From NCBI RefSeq assembly GCF_023055435.1, contig NW_025964375.1, forward strand, positions 1,054,001-1,118,000: a stretch of DNA of 64,000 nt. The letters run 5' to 3'. Below, in pieces: positions 14,141 to 32,796 of this stretch. Origin of the DNA: Haliotis rufescens (taxonomy: Eukaryota). The position numbers were made by a program, and so were the translations under genes. The notes beneath the pieces were generated by a model, which did no database searches, was not told the DNA's origin, and saw only the letters and a program-made list of their open reading frames with translations. Each line of letters opens with the position of its first letter. Within the stretch, counting starts at the first letter, position 1.

Positions 14141-15212
14141 TAAAGGACCGACCATTTGATATTCTGGGCAGGGGGGATTTTGTATCGAGATCAGTTATGT
14201 TTTTAGCTACAGCTACAAAATCTGATATTTGTTTATTTAAAACCATGAGCTTGATTTAAAAGAAAGAAAGACACCTTGCTACAATGATTTTTTTGTGGCA
14301 GGCAATTTCTTTTTATTCAACAGTCTGAAACATAAATATTTTTAATGGTGCGTCCATAAACATCAAGGTAATTCATGAGGTTTTCAAGAACACCAGACCG
14401 ATCTTTAGGAAAACTTGAACCATGTCATGATTGCGTTCTTCGTTGCAGTATATTCAGGCACAAATAATGACCCCAAGGCAAAGAAATGAATCAGATAAGG
14501 AAAGGACAAAAAGACAACTGATTAACTGTGTGTGACAGAGCAACAGACACTGAAAGGTCGTCCTTTTCATTTTGCAGTATGACAAGGCAAATTTATATGT
14601 TGGCATGTCTCGTGACTGAACACGAGATCATAAAATACCAGTGAGATTTCAGTTCTTGAGGGTGAAACTTGTTATATGCCGTAGTGAACAATATACCATC
14701 TCTATCAGAGTCGCTGACTTGGTTGATAGCGTGTCATCATAACCCGATGGCGTGGATTGCTTTCACGATATCAATCACTGGATTATCTTGTCAAGATTCG
14801 ATTATTTACAGCCCGCCATCATATAGCTGGAATATTCCTGAGTGCGGCGTTAAACAACAAACAAACAAATAAATCCACAAAGTGAAACTCCCACACCCGA
14901 ACATAGACTTGGATAGTCGTAGAGGCAAGATCCCTTTATGGAACGAGATTCTAAGAATTTTGTTCAACTTTAAAAATGAATGTCGTATGAATGTCGTTTA
15001 GTATATAGAATGGATTGGGATTCCACGGGGATTGACGGGGCGACGCTGCTCACTGGCGACACGTATTTGAGAGAAAAGAAGTCATTTTTATTTGTTTTTT
15101 TTAATTATACCTTTTAATTGTGTAGTGCTATGGTCGTTGTATACCCATTCATGTCTTGTTACATTTCATGTTAGCTTGTATCTGTGTCTATTTATTTCGT
15201 GTATCAATGAGA

Positions 15213-15613
15213 CTTTCTTAAATGTAAACCAAATTCCCAAATTGGGTATGTGGTATTATTTCATCTTATATACCACTGGTCCTGGGTCCAGGGTCTTGGT
15301 GATGTCTTGGTGATGCCTTTCTTAAATGTAAACCAAATTCCCAAATTGGGTATATAGTAGTATTTCATCTTATATACCACTGGTCCTGGGTCCAGTCTTG
15401 GGTCCTGGGTCTTGGTGACGCCTTTCTTAAATGTAAACCAAATTCCCAAATTGGGTATATAGTAGTATTTCATCTTATATACCACTGGTCCTGGGTCCAG
15501 TCTTGGGCCCTGGGTCTTGATGATGTCTTGGTGATGCCTTTCTTAAATGTTAACCAAATTCCCAAATTGGGTATGTGGTATTATTTCATCTTATATACCA
15601 CTGGTCCTGGGTC
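15213..15613. repeat. Tandem repeat, ~4 units of ~103-116 bp
   Basis: The unit CTTTCTTAAATGTAAACCAAATTCCCAAATTGGGTAT...CCACTGGTCCTGGGTC starts at ~15213, 15316, 15421 and 15537. Confidence 0.92.
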
Positions 15614-16214
15614 AACAAAAATACACATCCGTCATAAGAACAGCTTGGTGATGTCTGGTGACAATAAATAACATATGTCTTGTACATTCTTTAACTATGT
15701 CTTATGAACCAGCAAATATACGACTATATGCGAAAGCTAAAAGTTCATGTCAGTGTCACTTGAATATTTAACTGAAGGTTGAAGTTTGCATTTTACAATT
15801 GATTGTTAGATATGCCATTTGATGTTTGCTTTTCCAAAGCTGAATTAAGTATTTGCGGACGATGTTGCATCGATTGTAAACATTAAGGCCTCACTTGAGG
15901 TTGGTTTTGTAGTATCAGCTGCACAGCATCCAATATTAGAAGCACATTTATCAGACGAATTCACACATTCAAACAAATGATTTCCCCCCAATACATTCAT
16001 GCTCCATTTCGTCCTACACAAGTACATTTGACGGGCGCTTCTTTTACTTTCCTTTCCATTTGATAGTTTCAAGTTAACCGATTTTGAGTTTGCGAGTCGT
16101 GTCATGCGGCTTTGAACAATACATCAGTTGTATCAAGGCGTGTCCGCTCATGTAGGAGGAACGCCCGACGCGAAGCAGGTCATTGAAGTTTATAAAAAAC
16201 AACAACACAACTCT

Positions 16215-16830
16215 CAGAGCGTGTATGTGATGCCGTCGATGCGATCACAGCCTGGCAGCGTCGTATCATGGTCCAAATAAGTGTCTGGTTGGTTGCCAAG
16301 GGAAAATTGGTCCTCTCTTCAGTAAGTGCATTGATGAGTTCAGTAGTTGTCGGAAGGACGGGCGTGATCTGTTGTTTTCTGGTGACCGGACTGAAAACTC
16401 CATGCAGAGTGGTCTCTGGTATACTGGTCATGATTGGCTACGTTGGAATCCTTAAATCTACGATTGGGTTGACAATATCTCGATTCATCAGTGAATAGTA
16501 CTGGAGCCTAGTCCTGGTCTGTCCAAATGACATGATCTGAAGCCCAATCCAAACGTGTCTGCCTGTGAGTGAGTGAGTTGGGTTTAACGCCGCTTTTAAC
16601 AGTATTCCAGCTTTATCACGGCGTGTCAGCTTAATGTGGGAGGAAAGCCTGTCTGCCTGTGATGTCGGGTCATATGGATGAGAATGCATGCCCTTTGTGA
16701 CTGATAATCAGCTTTGTGGACGATTACGCACTGTCCCCCAGGTCATTTCTGAGTGTGGTGGCAGTCACGAAGTAAAGATGTCCTGCTACTGATGTAACGG
16801 AGATAACTCATTCCAGAAGTTCTGGTGTTA
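16215..16830 (-). mobile_element. Highly decayed Tc1-family transposase remnant
   Basis: Minus-strand frames give WASDHVIWTDQD*APVLFTDESRYC and IRRCQAVIASTASHTR (compare RRCQAVIxARGGHTRY). It is interrupted by a SINE tail at ~16566-16650 with TSD TGTCTGCCTGTGA. Confidence 0.7.
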
Positions 16831-17925
16831 TGGTAGCGTGTGAATTGTATCGGTAAAATTGACAGAATTATTTTAAAAATTAAATAGCTAAATATATCAG
16901 TTCATTCACAAAGTTGTCTTAGCGCTGAGGTTGGCGTAAGGTGTTGTAGCTTAAAATATCTTAGCTAAGTCTATTCTCGGAGCTGTCTCAGTGCTAGGAA
17001 CTTAGGACAGGTACAATGGCAGCCAAAAGACAGTATGTCGAAGAAAACGATTTGTCAATATGGGTAATTTCTGACCACAAAATCGAGTGTTTTTCTACTA
17101 GCTTTTTCAAAAGAATGAACAAACAGATCTCAGCAAACACCAATGAAACATCGTATTTACCAATTATGACTTATGCCTAACAGTGAGTCGAAAGGAGATG
17201 AAAGCTTAACAATCATTCCATACAAAATGTTACATAAAAAACGGTTGTTTATTACGGTTGAAACACTAGCAACGCATTTGCACCCTAATTTATCACATTT
17301 TCGATTTCCTTCAGAATCCTGCTTTCTATATATCAATCTTCAATGCTTACTATATCTATCTATAAAGGACAACAGCTTCCTTGATCAAATGTACTTAACA
17401 ATAATGTGAGGCAACAGCATTAATCATAACATCAACATTTATCTTCAATAGGGGTTTAATTGTTTATCTTCAAAAGTTATATGAAATTTGATGAAAGGAA
17501 ATTATATAATTTCAATCTGGAGAATTCCCTGAAAAATCGATGACGTCATTGGGAAACACAAAGCTCATTACTTCCGTTCAAAAGAGCTCACTGTCTTAGC
17601 TAATTTGTTTGGTAAGAGAGATAATTTTGCGATAGGTTTAAGACAGCTTCAAGAATTAGCTCTTATGACAAATGTAATTGTAATATAGGCTGTAAGTCTT
17701 AGCAAAGGCAGCTTCTTGAATAGGCTGCCTGGAAACAAACTTGACTGATGAACAGTACCCAATCCCTTGACAAACTGTACCAATGTAGGAAATCAAACCC
17801 ATGGCTTCTTATTCAACTCTCCAATGTTAATCAGGCAAAGATAACAAAGAATATATTTGATGATAATGTTTATGTTGAGTGACATCCCACTCAGTACAAT
17901 ACATACACATGAATACATTGACACA

Positions 17926-23756
<5,831 letters not shown>

Positions 23757-24277
23757 GTCTACTGAAGTGAATAATACATATATAAAAAGAGGTGCTACAT
23801 CTTAATTATTGTAAATCTAGACATGTATATCATGCATTTATGTGATATATTACGCACTTGGGGTGGCGCACAAACACCTACAAATTAGAAGTCGCCTGTC
23901 TACTAATGGGTGTAAAAATACCAAACAAACTGGACCCATTGGGGGAAAATAAATTGATACCCCCCAAAAAACTATCAATACTGTTACGATGTGAACAATA
24001 ACATCACTGCAAATGTGATTTATGCTAAAATGTATGACCCGCTTAATTGACATGACCCCTATCAACACCAAGAGATGCCAAGCCTAATTGAAGCTTTGGA
24101 GCAATCAGAGGGGTAAAAAAAGCATAATTTCATGCGAAAAAGAGTAACGTTAAAAGTACAATGCCATGATGCTTGTTTTCGCTGCAACATTTTTGTTAGG
24201 CCATTACGTATGTGAAGCATGGGTACACATGATTGACCCTAGTAATGAAGCCATACATACAAGCCACACTATTTCAT

Positions 24278-24516
24278 TTTGGTTGTTGTTTAATGTCGTA
24301 CTCAGCAACATTCCAGCTATATGACGGCGGTCTGTAAATAATTGAGTCTGGGCCAGGCAAATCATTGTTTGACATCATGAGCATCAATCCTCGCAATTAG
24401 GATCGATGACATGCATCAACCAACTCAGGGAGTCTGACCACCTGATCCTGTTAGTTGCAGTCGCCTTTTACGGCAAGCATGGGTTGCTGAAGACCTATTA
24501 TACACCGGATCTTCAT
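24278..24516 (-). mobile_element. Family C copy
   Basis: Reverse-complement similarity to family C, head included. Confidence 0.85.
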
Positions 24517-24776
24517 CATGTTCATGGGCCCCGTACTATTTTAAAAAACAGTGTGATAAAGCTAAAAAAAAGACAGAAAAATTACTCCGCTGGCGTTTGT
24601 ATGGTATCTCTAAATTGAATATCAATCCAAACATAAAAAAGTGGACATCAACATCTCATCAACAACATTGCTCTCCGTGATATCTTATACATGTAAACAA
24701 TCAGTGAAAAAAATGTCAGTACCCAGTATAGTTGTCCCAAATCCTAATTTAACAAGAATTTCAAGAAAAAACTCAC

Positions 24777-24830
24777 GTCTGCAACATGTTGGACGGACAA
24801 GCTTGTTTATCCAATAGGACCTATATTATT
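24777..24830 (-). other. Candidate 5' first exon of PSMC1
   Basis: The minus strand reads GTCCAACATGTTGCAGAC|GTGAGT, a strong donor at 24776, with a CCAAT at 24811 nearby. The upstream boundary is unknown. Confidence 0.4.
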
Positions 24831-25014
24831 TAGCAATCGATTTAGTGGGATTTTGTTCTGAGAATACTGAAGAACTGATAGACCATAATAAGCTGTGGGA
24901 CTTTTAGGGTACTTGGGCCGGGTAGTAGTCCCTGTGGCCAGTAAATAATCTTATTTTTAAACCCTAGACTTTTGTATGTTAAAATGCCCACGAAAATAGG
25001 AGACAAACCTCGTT

Positions 25015-25028
25015 GTGATTCAGCAAAT
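25015..25028 (+). promoter_or_regulatory. ARE-like element (CNC-bZIP/small Maf site) upstream of PSMC1
   Basis: GTGATTCAGCAAAT matches RTGAYnnnGC with an AT-rich 3' flank and lies ~230 bp upstream of the candidate first exon. Confidence 0.45.
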
Positions 25029-26235
25029 AATGCTTACGAGGCTCTGACTATGAGATGAAAGAAAAAATTAGGTTATATGCCCATAGTGTGTATTCAGTCA
25101 ACTTAGATAAAGTGTCCTGTACGTCATATATGATGATAAATAAACAAATTTATGAGCAATGGAAACTGAAAACAAAATATATCACAAGAATCATTCCATG
25201 TCTCACCATTTTTACAGGATACGAAGGTCTGCGCCGACGCAAACAAGCGCCACCTATCGAAAATAACACAGTAGGGATAACTCTCATACCTAAAGTTCAC
25301 ACAGGCTAAAGAGGCATTCACACGGTACAACTAGTTGATACAACTTATTGTTTACAATTAGTTGTAGGGACTGAGGCTGTGTGCAATTCAGAATTCACAC
25401 GGCATAGTTGCATACAACTCGGATCTCGCAAGATCCCTGTCTAAAGCTAGTAAATTAGTAATTCTGTTCTAGATCTAGAGTCAGAAGTCAGTGTACAGGC
25501 CGTACGAACCACCTGAACACTGACTTCTGACGCTAGATCTTTCTTAGCCCAGAGCCGCGATGGGGACCTACAGTCAAGACATGACCCTACAATCACTGCA
25601 GTACTCCATCGCGGCTCTCGGCTAGATCTTTCTATAACTTTGCGGGAAAAAATAACGTGCGGTCGTGCGACCATGGGCCAGACTGATCGGTTTACTGCCT
25701 CCGGTCAGATACCGAAGTCAAGGAAGAATTGCAGAGACTTACAGAAATTACATCCGAAGAGTATGTACTTTGAAATAAATTATTTGTAATAACTTTTCAT
25801 GAACGTAATTTATAACTTTTAATCAAAAGTAAATATGTTTCACAATTTATTAACAATAAAGCATTGTTTTCAAAATATAGTGTTTATCATTTTTACTATC
25901 TTCCTGTGCCATTATGCTTGGGCGAAGTGAATTCAACAGGAGAATTTATCGTTTGTTCAAATGATGAAAAAATATATATGATTTGCAATGTGAATAAAAT
26001 CCATAAGAAATACATGTAATGTTGAACACAGCACAACCGGTCTTGATGTACTCCAAAATATTCTCCATCACGAGCAGTAACAACTCGATGAAAACAATTT
26101 TGTCAGTTATTATTCTTGATTTAAGACGTGAACACCTATCATGCAGTATGTGGAGTGAGTATAGTAATCACGTTGATTAGCGTGAAGAGATTTTACGATT
26201 TGACAATCAGTATCTATCGTGAGTGAGTGGATTTC

Positions 26236-26494
26236 GTGAGAGTGAGTGAGTGAGTTGGGTTTAACGCCGCTTTGAACAGTATCCCAGTTATATCGCGGCG
26301 TGTCAGCTTAATGTGGGAGGAAAGCCCGAAGTGAAGCAGGTCTCGGACGTTTACCACTTCGGTAAAACCGACGAGCACGGGTATGGTGCTGACAAACCTG
26401 GAAACATAATCGGGGTGAACCGGGATTCGAACCCACAATCATAGGTTTCTGGCGTGCCCAAGGGACGCAACTCTGCACAGCGAATCGCGGCGCC
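26236..26494 (-). mobile_element. SINE family B copy, 5'-truncated
   Basis: Reverse-complement similarity to 30080-30368. Confidence 0.88.
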
Positions 26495-26775
26495 AATTTC
26501 AAATTGGCGACTACGCTTCGAAACATATTTTGACAAATTCTCGCTTAAAAATTTGAAGCCCGTAACTATCGTTCGGAATACCCCGTTTTAAAGTTTTCGA
26601 GGCTGCACGATTAGAAATCACTTTCCGACTGTCACTTTCATGATCTGGGAAGCGACGCTCTGACTGGTCGGATGAAAGGTTGTGACGTGACCCTTAATGG
26701 GATGTCCTCAGATCTTTGTTTAGCGGTAGCGAGAACTAAGATCTGATTTTAATGAGATTGGGCTGTACATAGCTT

Positions 26776-27207
26776 GTGACAAGTGTGACAAGTGGCAGTA
26801 TCGAACCCCTTGTGCAGGAATTAGTCGTAAAGACTACAGGAAAGCTACCAACGTCTGATGACTTTGGAATGGACACGTCTGTCGTGCATGTTTTCCCCCT
26901 TGCCAGACCTCCAACCGACACCAATCTCCATCTCCGCCGACTTAATGGAGAACCGACGCCCCACGATCCGTTGTCTGGAGACGACACCATAGACTGCATG
27001 TTCTATTTAGGCCAAGAATATTCCTTGGTACACCCAGATCCAGAGATAGTGGAACCACGTCACGTCGACCCCACCGACTTCAAGATCATCGCAAGTGCCA
27101 GCAAGAGAAGGAAGTCTAAGTTGGTCGACCCTGAAGGATACACCTACGTCCCGAAGAAGACGATGTCACCCGGGGCAATTTGGCGTTGTAAGAAGTCGAA
27201 GTTATAA
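26776..27207 (+). pseudogene. ORF ending in the N-terminal half of a FLYWCH-type zinc finger, probably MULE-derived, truncated next to a Tc1 insertion
   Basis: FKIIASASKRRKSKLVDPEGYTYVPKK..GAIWRC matches the FLYWCH start pattern. The second Cys and the HxH are missing. Confidence 0.55.
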
Positions 27208-27217
27208 TTAATTAACA

Positions 27218-28510
27218 TATACTGAACCGCAAAAGAAACGTCACCATGGATAGATAATATGAGAAACCTTATTTGTCCAAACACTGTAAACATACTTAGA
27301 GACATATTAAAAAGATGAAACTTGGCAAAATTGATCATCAAGGTTGAAATTAAAGTGTCAAATTTTCTTAAAGTGAAACAAAACACTAGTCTCTCAGAAA
27401 ATGGCATCACAAGTCAGTATCTCGTGTGTCCGCCATGTGCATTGATGACTGCCGTGCAACGTCGATACATGGAATAGATGAGGCGGTTGATGAAGGCCAT
27501 AGGCACTTGAGCCCACACTCTGAGGAACGCCTGACTCAGTTCAGCTGCAGTTGTCTGCCTTGGTCGGACGTCATTCAGCCATCTTTGAATCTCGTTCCAT
27601 AGGTGCTCAATGGGATTTAAATCGGGACTGAGGGCAGGCCACTGCATGGTTCTGATGCCATTCTGCTGGAGGAAGTCTCTTGTTGCTCTCGCAGTGTGGT
27701 TACGGGCGTTATCATGCGGACACTCGTAGTTGCTGCGACGTGCCAAAATGAGGAATGATGTGTGGTCACAAGACTTGATCAATGTACCGAGCTGCTGTGA
27801 CACCATTGCCTCTCCCTGGACCGATGTTCTGGAAGACCACTGGGCCGACCCTCTGTGCAAGACCATGCAATTCCACCCCGCACCATGATGCTCGGACCAC
27901 CCCACGAGTCTCTCTCAACAACACAAGCATCCGAAAAACGTCCCCCCCCCCCCCCCCCCCCCCCCCTCCCCCTCCCCCTCGGCGTCGCAAGACTCTCTCT
28001 CTGCCATCTGCTGTTGAGATACAGTAACGGCTCTCGTCTGAGAAGAGGACTTCCACGCTGCTGGTGCTGTGTTGCCCACTGAAGACGGTCCCCACGATGA
28101 CGTGGTGGAGAATGGGTCCTCGGTGTGGCCTGTGACAGTGGAGGTGTCTGCTCGTCAATCGTCGACGCATGATGTCCGCACTAATTTGTCGCTGGTGTGT
28201 CCCCATGGTCTGTCGAGCAATTTCCGCAGCAGTAATAAAGCGATCTTGAACATGCTGTCGCGCAATCTGACGATCCTCAGGTCGGGTGGTGACCCTTGGT
28301 CTTCCACTACGAGGTCGGTCATCTGTAGTGTTGGTGGTCCGGCACCGTTGCTGGAGCCTGTATATGGTCCTTACGTGGACTTGAAATGCATTGGCTACTT
28401 GCCGGGCGGTTTGTCCAGCTTGCAATCGTCCAAGGGCTTGTGTCGCTGATTTCTTGTCAATCTTGGCACGTGGTAGCAATTCAATAATGAATTAATGTTA
28501 TCCGATCTGG
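27218..28510 (-). mobile_element. Tc1 DD34E DNA transposon, near full-length frameshifted transposase with one TIR
   Basis: ORFs 27766-28479 and 27414-27905 contain an HTH region, DRPRSGRPRVTT, VLFSDESRYC, HDNARNH...SPDLNPIE (34 residues between D and E) and GGHTRY. A TIR-like TATACTGAACCGCAAAAGAAACG starts at 27218. Confidence 0.92.
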
Positions 28511-28818
28511 GTGGATTTTTATAGGGCAAGAAATAGGGGAACGCATGTGCACTATAAATCGGCATCGGTCCGGACTAGTACAAGCAGTCACACACACACA
28601 CACGTGCATGCATGTCGCTATATAAGTGCAATAATCTTGGACGCGACGTTAAGCCCAATTTCACCTCACCTCACCATTGCGACGCATCAGACGATTCCTC
28701 TACTTCCCCATCTAGGCCTTAACTTGGGACAGCTGTTGTCATCATGATGGAAAAGACGGGTCAGAAGTACTACAGCGTTCCTCGTTACACCATCGCCAAC
28801 CTGTAGAATGCAGTGGTC

Positions 28819-29247
28819 CTGCTGAAGCGAGTTTACTGATTATGTAGGGTATTGCTGAAGTGAGTCTATTGATCATGTAGGGGTAATGTTGAAGCGAGTC
28901 TACTGATCATGTAGGGGTACTGCAGACACCAGTCTACTGATCATGTAGGGTACTGCTGAAGTGAGTATACTGATCATGTAGGGGTAATGCTAAAGTGAGT
29001 CTACTGATCATGTAGGGTATTGCTGAAGCGAGTCTACTGATCATGTAGGGGTAATACTGAAGCGAGTATACCGATCCTGTAGGGGTACTGCTCAAGGGAG
29101 TCTACTGATAATGTAGGGTACTGTTGAAGCGAGTCTACCGATCCTGTAGGTGTAATGCTGAAGCGAGTCAACTGATCCTGTAGGGGTAATGCTGAAACGA
29201 GTCTAGTGATCATGTAGGGTACTGCTGAAGTGAGTCTACTGATCCTG
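28819..29247. repeat. Minisatellite, ~13 units of 33-34 bp
   Basis: Consensus (C/A)TGCTGAAGCGAGTCTACTGATCATGTAGGG(G)TA, with no unique spacers. Confidence 0.93.
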
Positions 29248-30079
29248 TTTGTTGCCAATATTCCAGCTGTATGACGTCGGTCTGTAAATAATCGTAAGTG
29301 GAAGTTCTGTGATGGATTCATCAGTAGTTCTGTAGTAAACATGATTTAGTTTTTCAATTATTTGGCTCACTGTTCCACAGATTTAATCTTTCTCAACTAT
29401 GGTAAATATAATTAAAATTTTGGGAGTATGTTTTTCTTCTCGTCAAACTTACTTCCAGTCACATAGTTTACTCTTCTACTAATACCTTTCTGCTTGAAGA
29501 TTTGACAAACCATTTGGAGGTAGTGTTAGTGAACTTTGACAACCTTGTCTAAATGAAAGATACAAGGGCTCTACAGTCAACACAATATCCCATCGACAGT
29601 ACACCCCTTTCGGTGTATATGCCTTGGCACAACAATATATTATATATTCCATTCTGACCTGCCCGTTTATGTTCGTTTTCCTTACACAGATATTACATAT
29701 GTTGCTCTGAATACCAAGTACCCATAATTTAGAGAAATCGATGTAAATGACACAACATGGAGGGTTTGTCACATCTTCTCGCAGAGGGGCAAAAGAAACA
29801 ACAAAAATTTTCCATAATCAAAAGAAATATCTTCCAAAAGCAGAATATATTGCACGATCCAAACTATATCATAACACGTGTTTATGAATCACTATCAAGT
29901 TATGCTACCAGGTGTTCATGTAAAGCTGAGCGTATCCTGCCCCACTGGTGGCACAAACGATTGCAAAGCCAAGTTAATTGTTCACCTGACAAAATCACAC
30001 ACAGAAACATCTGGTACAAGTCAAAAGTCCGAATTGTATCGGAAATCGTGTTTTCATTGATGCTTACAATATGTAATTG

Positions 30080-30368
30080 GGGGGCACAGGTGGAACAGTC
30101 GTCTAAGGCGCCGCGATTCAGTGTGCAGAGTTGCGTCCCTTGGGCATGCCAGAAACCTATGATTGTGTGTTCGAATCCCGGTTCGCCCCAATTATGTTTC
30201 TAGGTTTGTCAGCACCATACCCAAGCTCATGGGTTTCATCGAAGTGGTTAACGTCTATGACCTGCATCACTTCGAGCTTTCCTCTCACATTAAGCCGATA
30301 AGCCATGATATAACTGGAATACTGTTCAAAGCGGTGTTAAACCCAACTCACTCACTCACTCACTCACT
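30080..30368 (+). mobile_element. SINE family B (tRNA-Leu-like head with long A-B spacer, V-domain-like TTTCCTCCCACA core, (CACT)n tail)
   Basis: TGGxxCAGTCGTCTAAGGCG ... GTTCGAATCC head and 13-bp TSD CAATATGTAATTG. Other copies or fragments occur at ~5969-6223, 10435-10650, 16566-16650, 34405-34467, 43669-43900 and 44405-44615. Confidence 0.9.
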
Positions 30369-31058
30369 CAATATGTAATTGTCCTCAACATGTCTACCAC
30401 AAAACTTTTTGAAAACTCAACTAAGGCCTTAATGTCGTAATCCTGACCAAAGAACTTTTGAGCAAGAATCATAATTATGATGCGGTTTGAAATTTTCATA
30501 GAAATGTGAATGTGTTAGCTATCCAAACCTTTAGAAAAAGTCAGGCAACATTTTTCATTGTAGTAATTTCTAGAACTAATGACATTTGTAACTAAAAAAC
30601 ATATCATCAGAATATATTGTCATACATGTATGTTGTTTTTCCAACACGCAGAGAGCAGTTAACAAGTCAAACATACGTTGCATCCTTCACAGTAATTGGT
30701 TCCTGCATCAGCAAAATACACAACAAAATATGAGATTATGATGTTTATTACGCTGGCTTAACAACATGAAACCTGCACAAAATCATGGTGAAAGACAACA
30801 TATGATAAGTCACCGACATACAGGTCCCCACTGGATCAGATGATCATTCATTCAAACTGATTACAAAAAACAACATTTTTCTTAACAAAAGGAATGTTTG
30901 AATTGAATACATTGGTCAACAACCTCCCAAACAGAAAAGCCAAGTGTTTATCCAGACCATTACAAGGAGATATTTCACTAGAGGCAATTAGGACATACCA
31001 GATCTTTTTGTGGCATTGTTAGCTTTCTAAGTACTTTCAAGTAATGTGGTAAGTCTTA

Positions 31059-31233
31059 GAGTGAGTAAGTGAGTGAGTAGGGTTTTAAACCATGTTTTTT
31101 CCCCAATATTCCAACAATATCACGACAGGGGACACCAGAAATGGGACTCACATTTTGCACTTACATGGAGAATTGACCAAAGGTTTTTGGCGTGACAAGC
31201 TACGCTTTAACCACTAGGCAACCCCACCACCCC
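31059..31233 (-). mobile_element. SINE family A copy, diverged
   Basis: Reverse-complement similarity to 4574-4740. Confidence 0.8.
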
Positions 31234-32082
31234 ATAAGAATTCGACAAACACATGTATAATGTAATAGTGCTTCTTCTCTTCTCTTCATCTCCTTCCAGG
31301 AATCAACATGTAATTATGCTTGAAGTTGTTTTTCAATAGTTTGTGAAAATATTCTCAATGTGATATAAAAGTAATACTAAGCCAAATTGTCACTTGATAC
31401 AGAATTGGGATAATTAACATTCCAAAAGTCCTTGATGGATGATTATTGTTTGTAACTACAGTAATTTTTTGACAAGCTTCATCCCTCACAAAACACATGT
31501 GTATTCATATTTCGCAAGTGGTGTTTCATACTACATATTAATTTGATTTGAACTTCAGATTCATGTGGAAAGTTTACAAGAAAATATAACAAGGAAAAAT
31601 CAACTCAGATTTAAGTGAAATGTGATCAAATCAGACATGAAGGAACTGAGTCGTATTTTCTTTAATGCTGTACAAAAAGTGTTCATCACAGTCAAAGGCA
31701 TATTCTGGCTGTTTCATTGATCATTCTGAAGACACTACAGCCTCAACAGCCAAAGGCATCATTGAGTCAACATGGTCCATGTAGATTTCTCACAACTCCA
31801 ACATGTTAATCCTTCCTGTACAATATGTTCCCCCATCTATCCTGAAGTGTAAATGTGTCACCATTTGCTGTGTGGAAGTTATTCCGGTTTGCAAATAACC
31901 ACCCAATCAAAGGGTGATGTCAGTGGGAAACATTTGCACTTATTAAATCATAGGGCTTTTGAAACAGTGCCAATAGTCAGAATTAACAATATTTTTCAGA
32001 TATAAAACAAACAAAAACACATAACAAGAAATCATTTTTGTATGCTTCTGCTTCAAGTGACCTGTAACTTCATGATATGTGA

Positions 32083-32384
32083 AGAGGTGAGGTGAAATGG
32101 GGTTCAACGTCGCGGTCAAGATTATTGCACTTATGTAGCGACGTGCATGCGTGTGTGCTTGTACTTGTCCCGACTGATACCTATTTATAGCGCTCACCCA
32201 CCGAGATACCATGTCACAGTTTAACATCCACTGACTGAGCCGACCAGTAAGTTTTAGGCCAGACAGAGGGTATTAACAAGTAGCATCTTTTAACGTTTTT
32301 TGATATGACGCGGCCGGGGATCAGACCCTAAACCTTCCGCTCTCCAGGCAGATGCTCTACCACTAGACCAAAGAGGCGATCCCC
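32083..32384 (-). mobile_element. SINE family D copy
   Basis: Similarity to 52497-52889. Confidence 0.85.
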
Positions 32385-32796
32385 GGACGGTTGGTAGTGG
32401 TTGCTTGCGACTGCTGATTGAAATATGCTGATAAGCATATGAATTTCAGAGAGAAAAATGTAAAGAAAATTATTTTGAGGTCAGGGTCCACGTTTTTGAT
32501 TTGAAAGTTTACAAACATGAACATGATAATGACAAACACTGAAAATGCTGCGATGAACTGAAATTTACTGTGCAGACAAAATGAGTATCATACGAATGAA
32601 TGCCTTTGAAACATTTTGTTTCATATCAATAGACCAACCTATTCTTCAATACATCAAGCTATGCTGCAATAGCGATATTGAAACTTGATGTATCTTGATG
32701 CATCGAAGAATCAGAGCAGCATCCCAACAAAAATGATTGATTGAATGTGGAGCATTTGCAACACATATTGACTGTTATCATCATAGATATACAATT

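Noticed and set aside
16438-16689. C-type lectin exon suggested by VWIGL
   Set aside because: Another frame gives the Tc1 motif LFTDESRYC, and the ORF is a chimera of transposase and SINE sequence.
27782-28082. Proline-rich ORFs on the plus strand
   Set aside because: Antisense shadow of the Tc1 transposase and its C homopolymer.
28819-29247. CRISPR array
   Set aside because: Units are contiguous without unique spacers, there are no cas genes, and the context is eukaryotic.
29757-30203. 148-aa protein-coding gene
   Set aside because: No recognisable domain or supporting splice structure, and its 3' end runs into SINE B.
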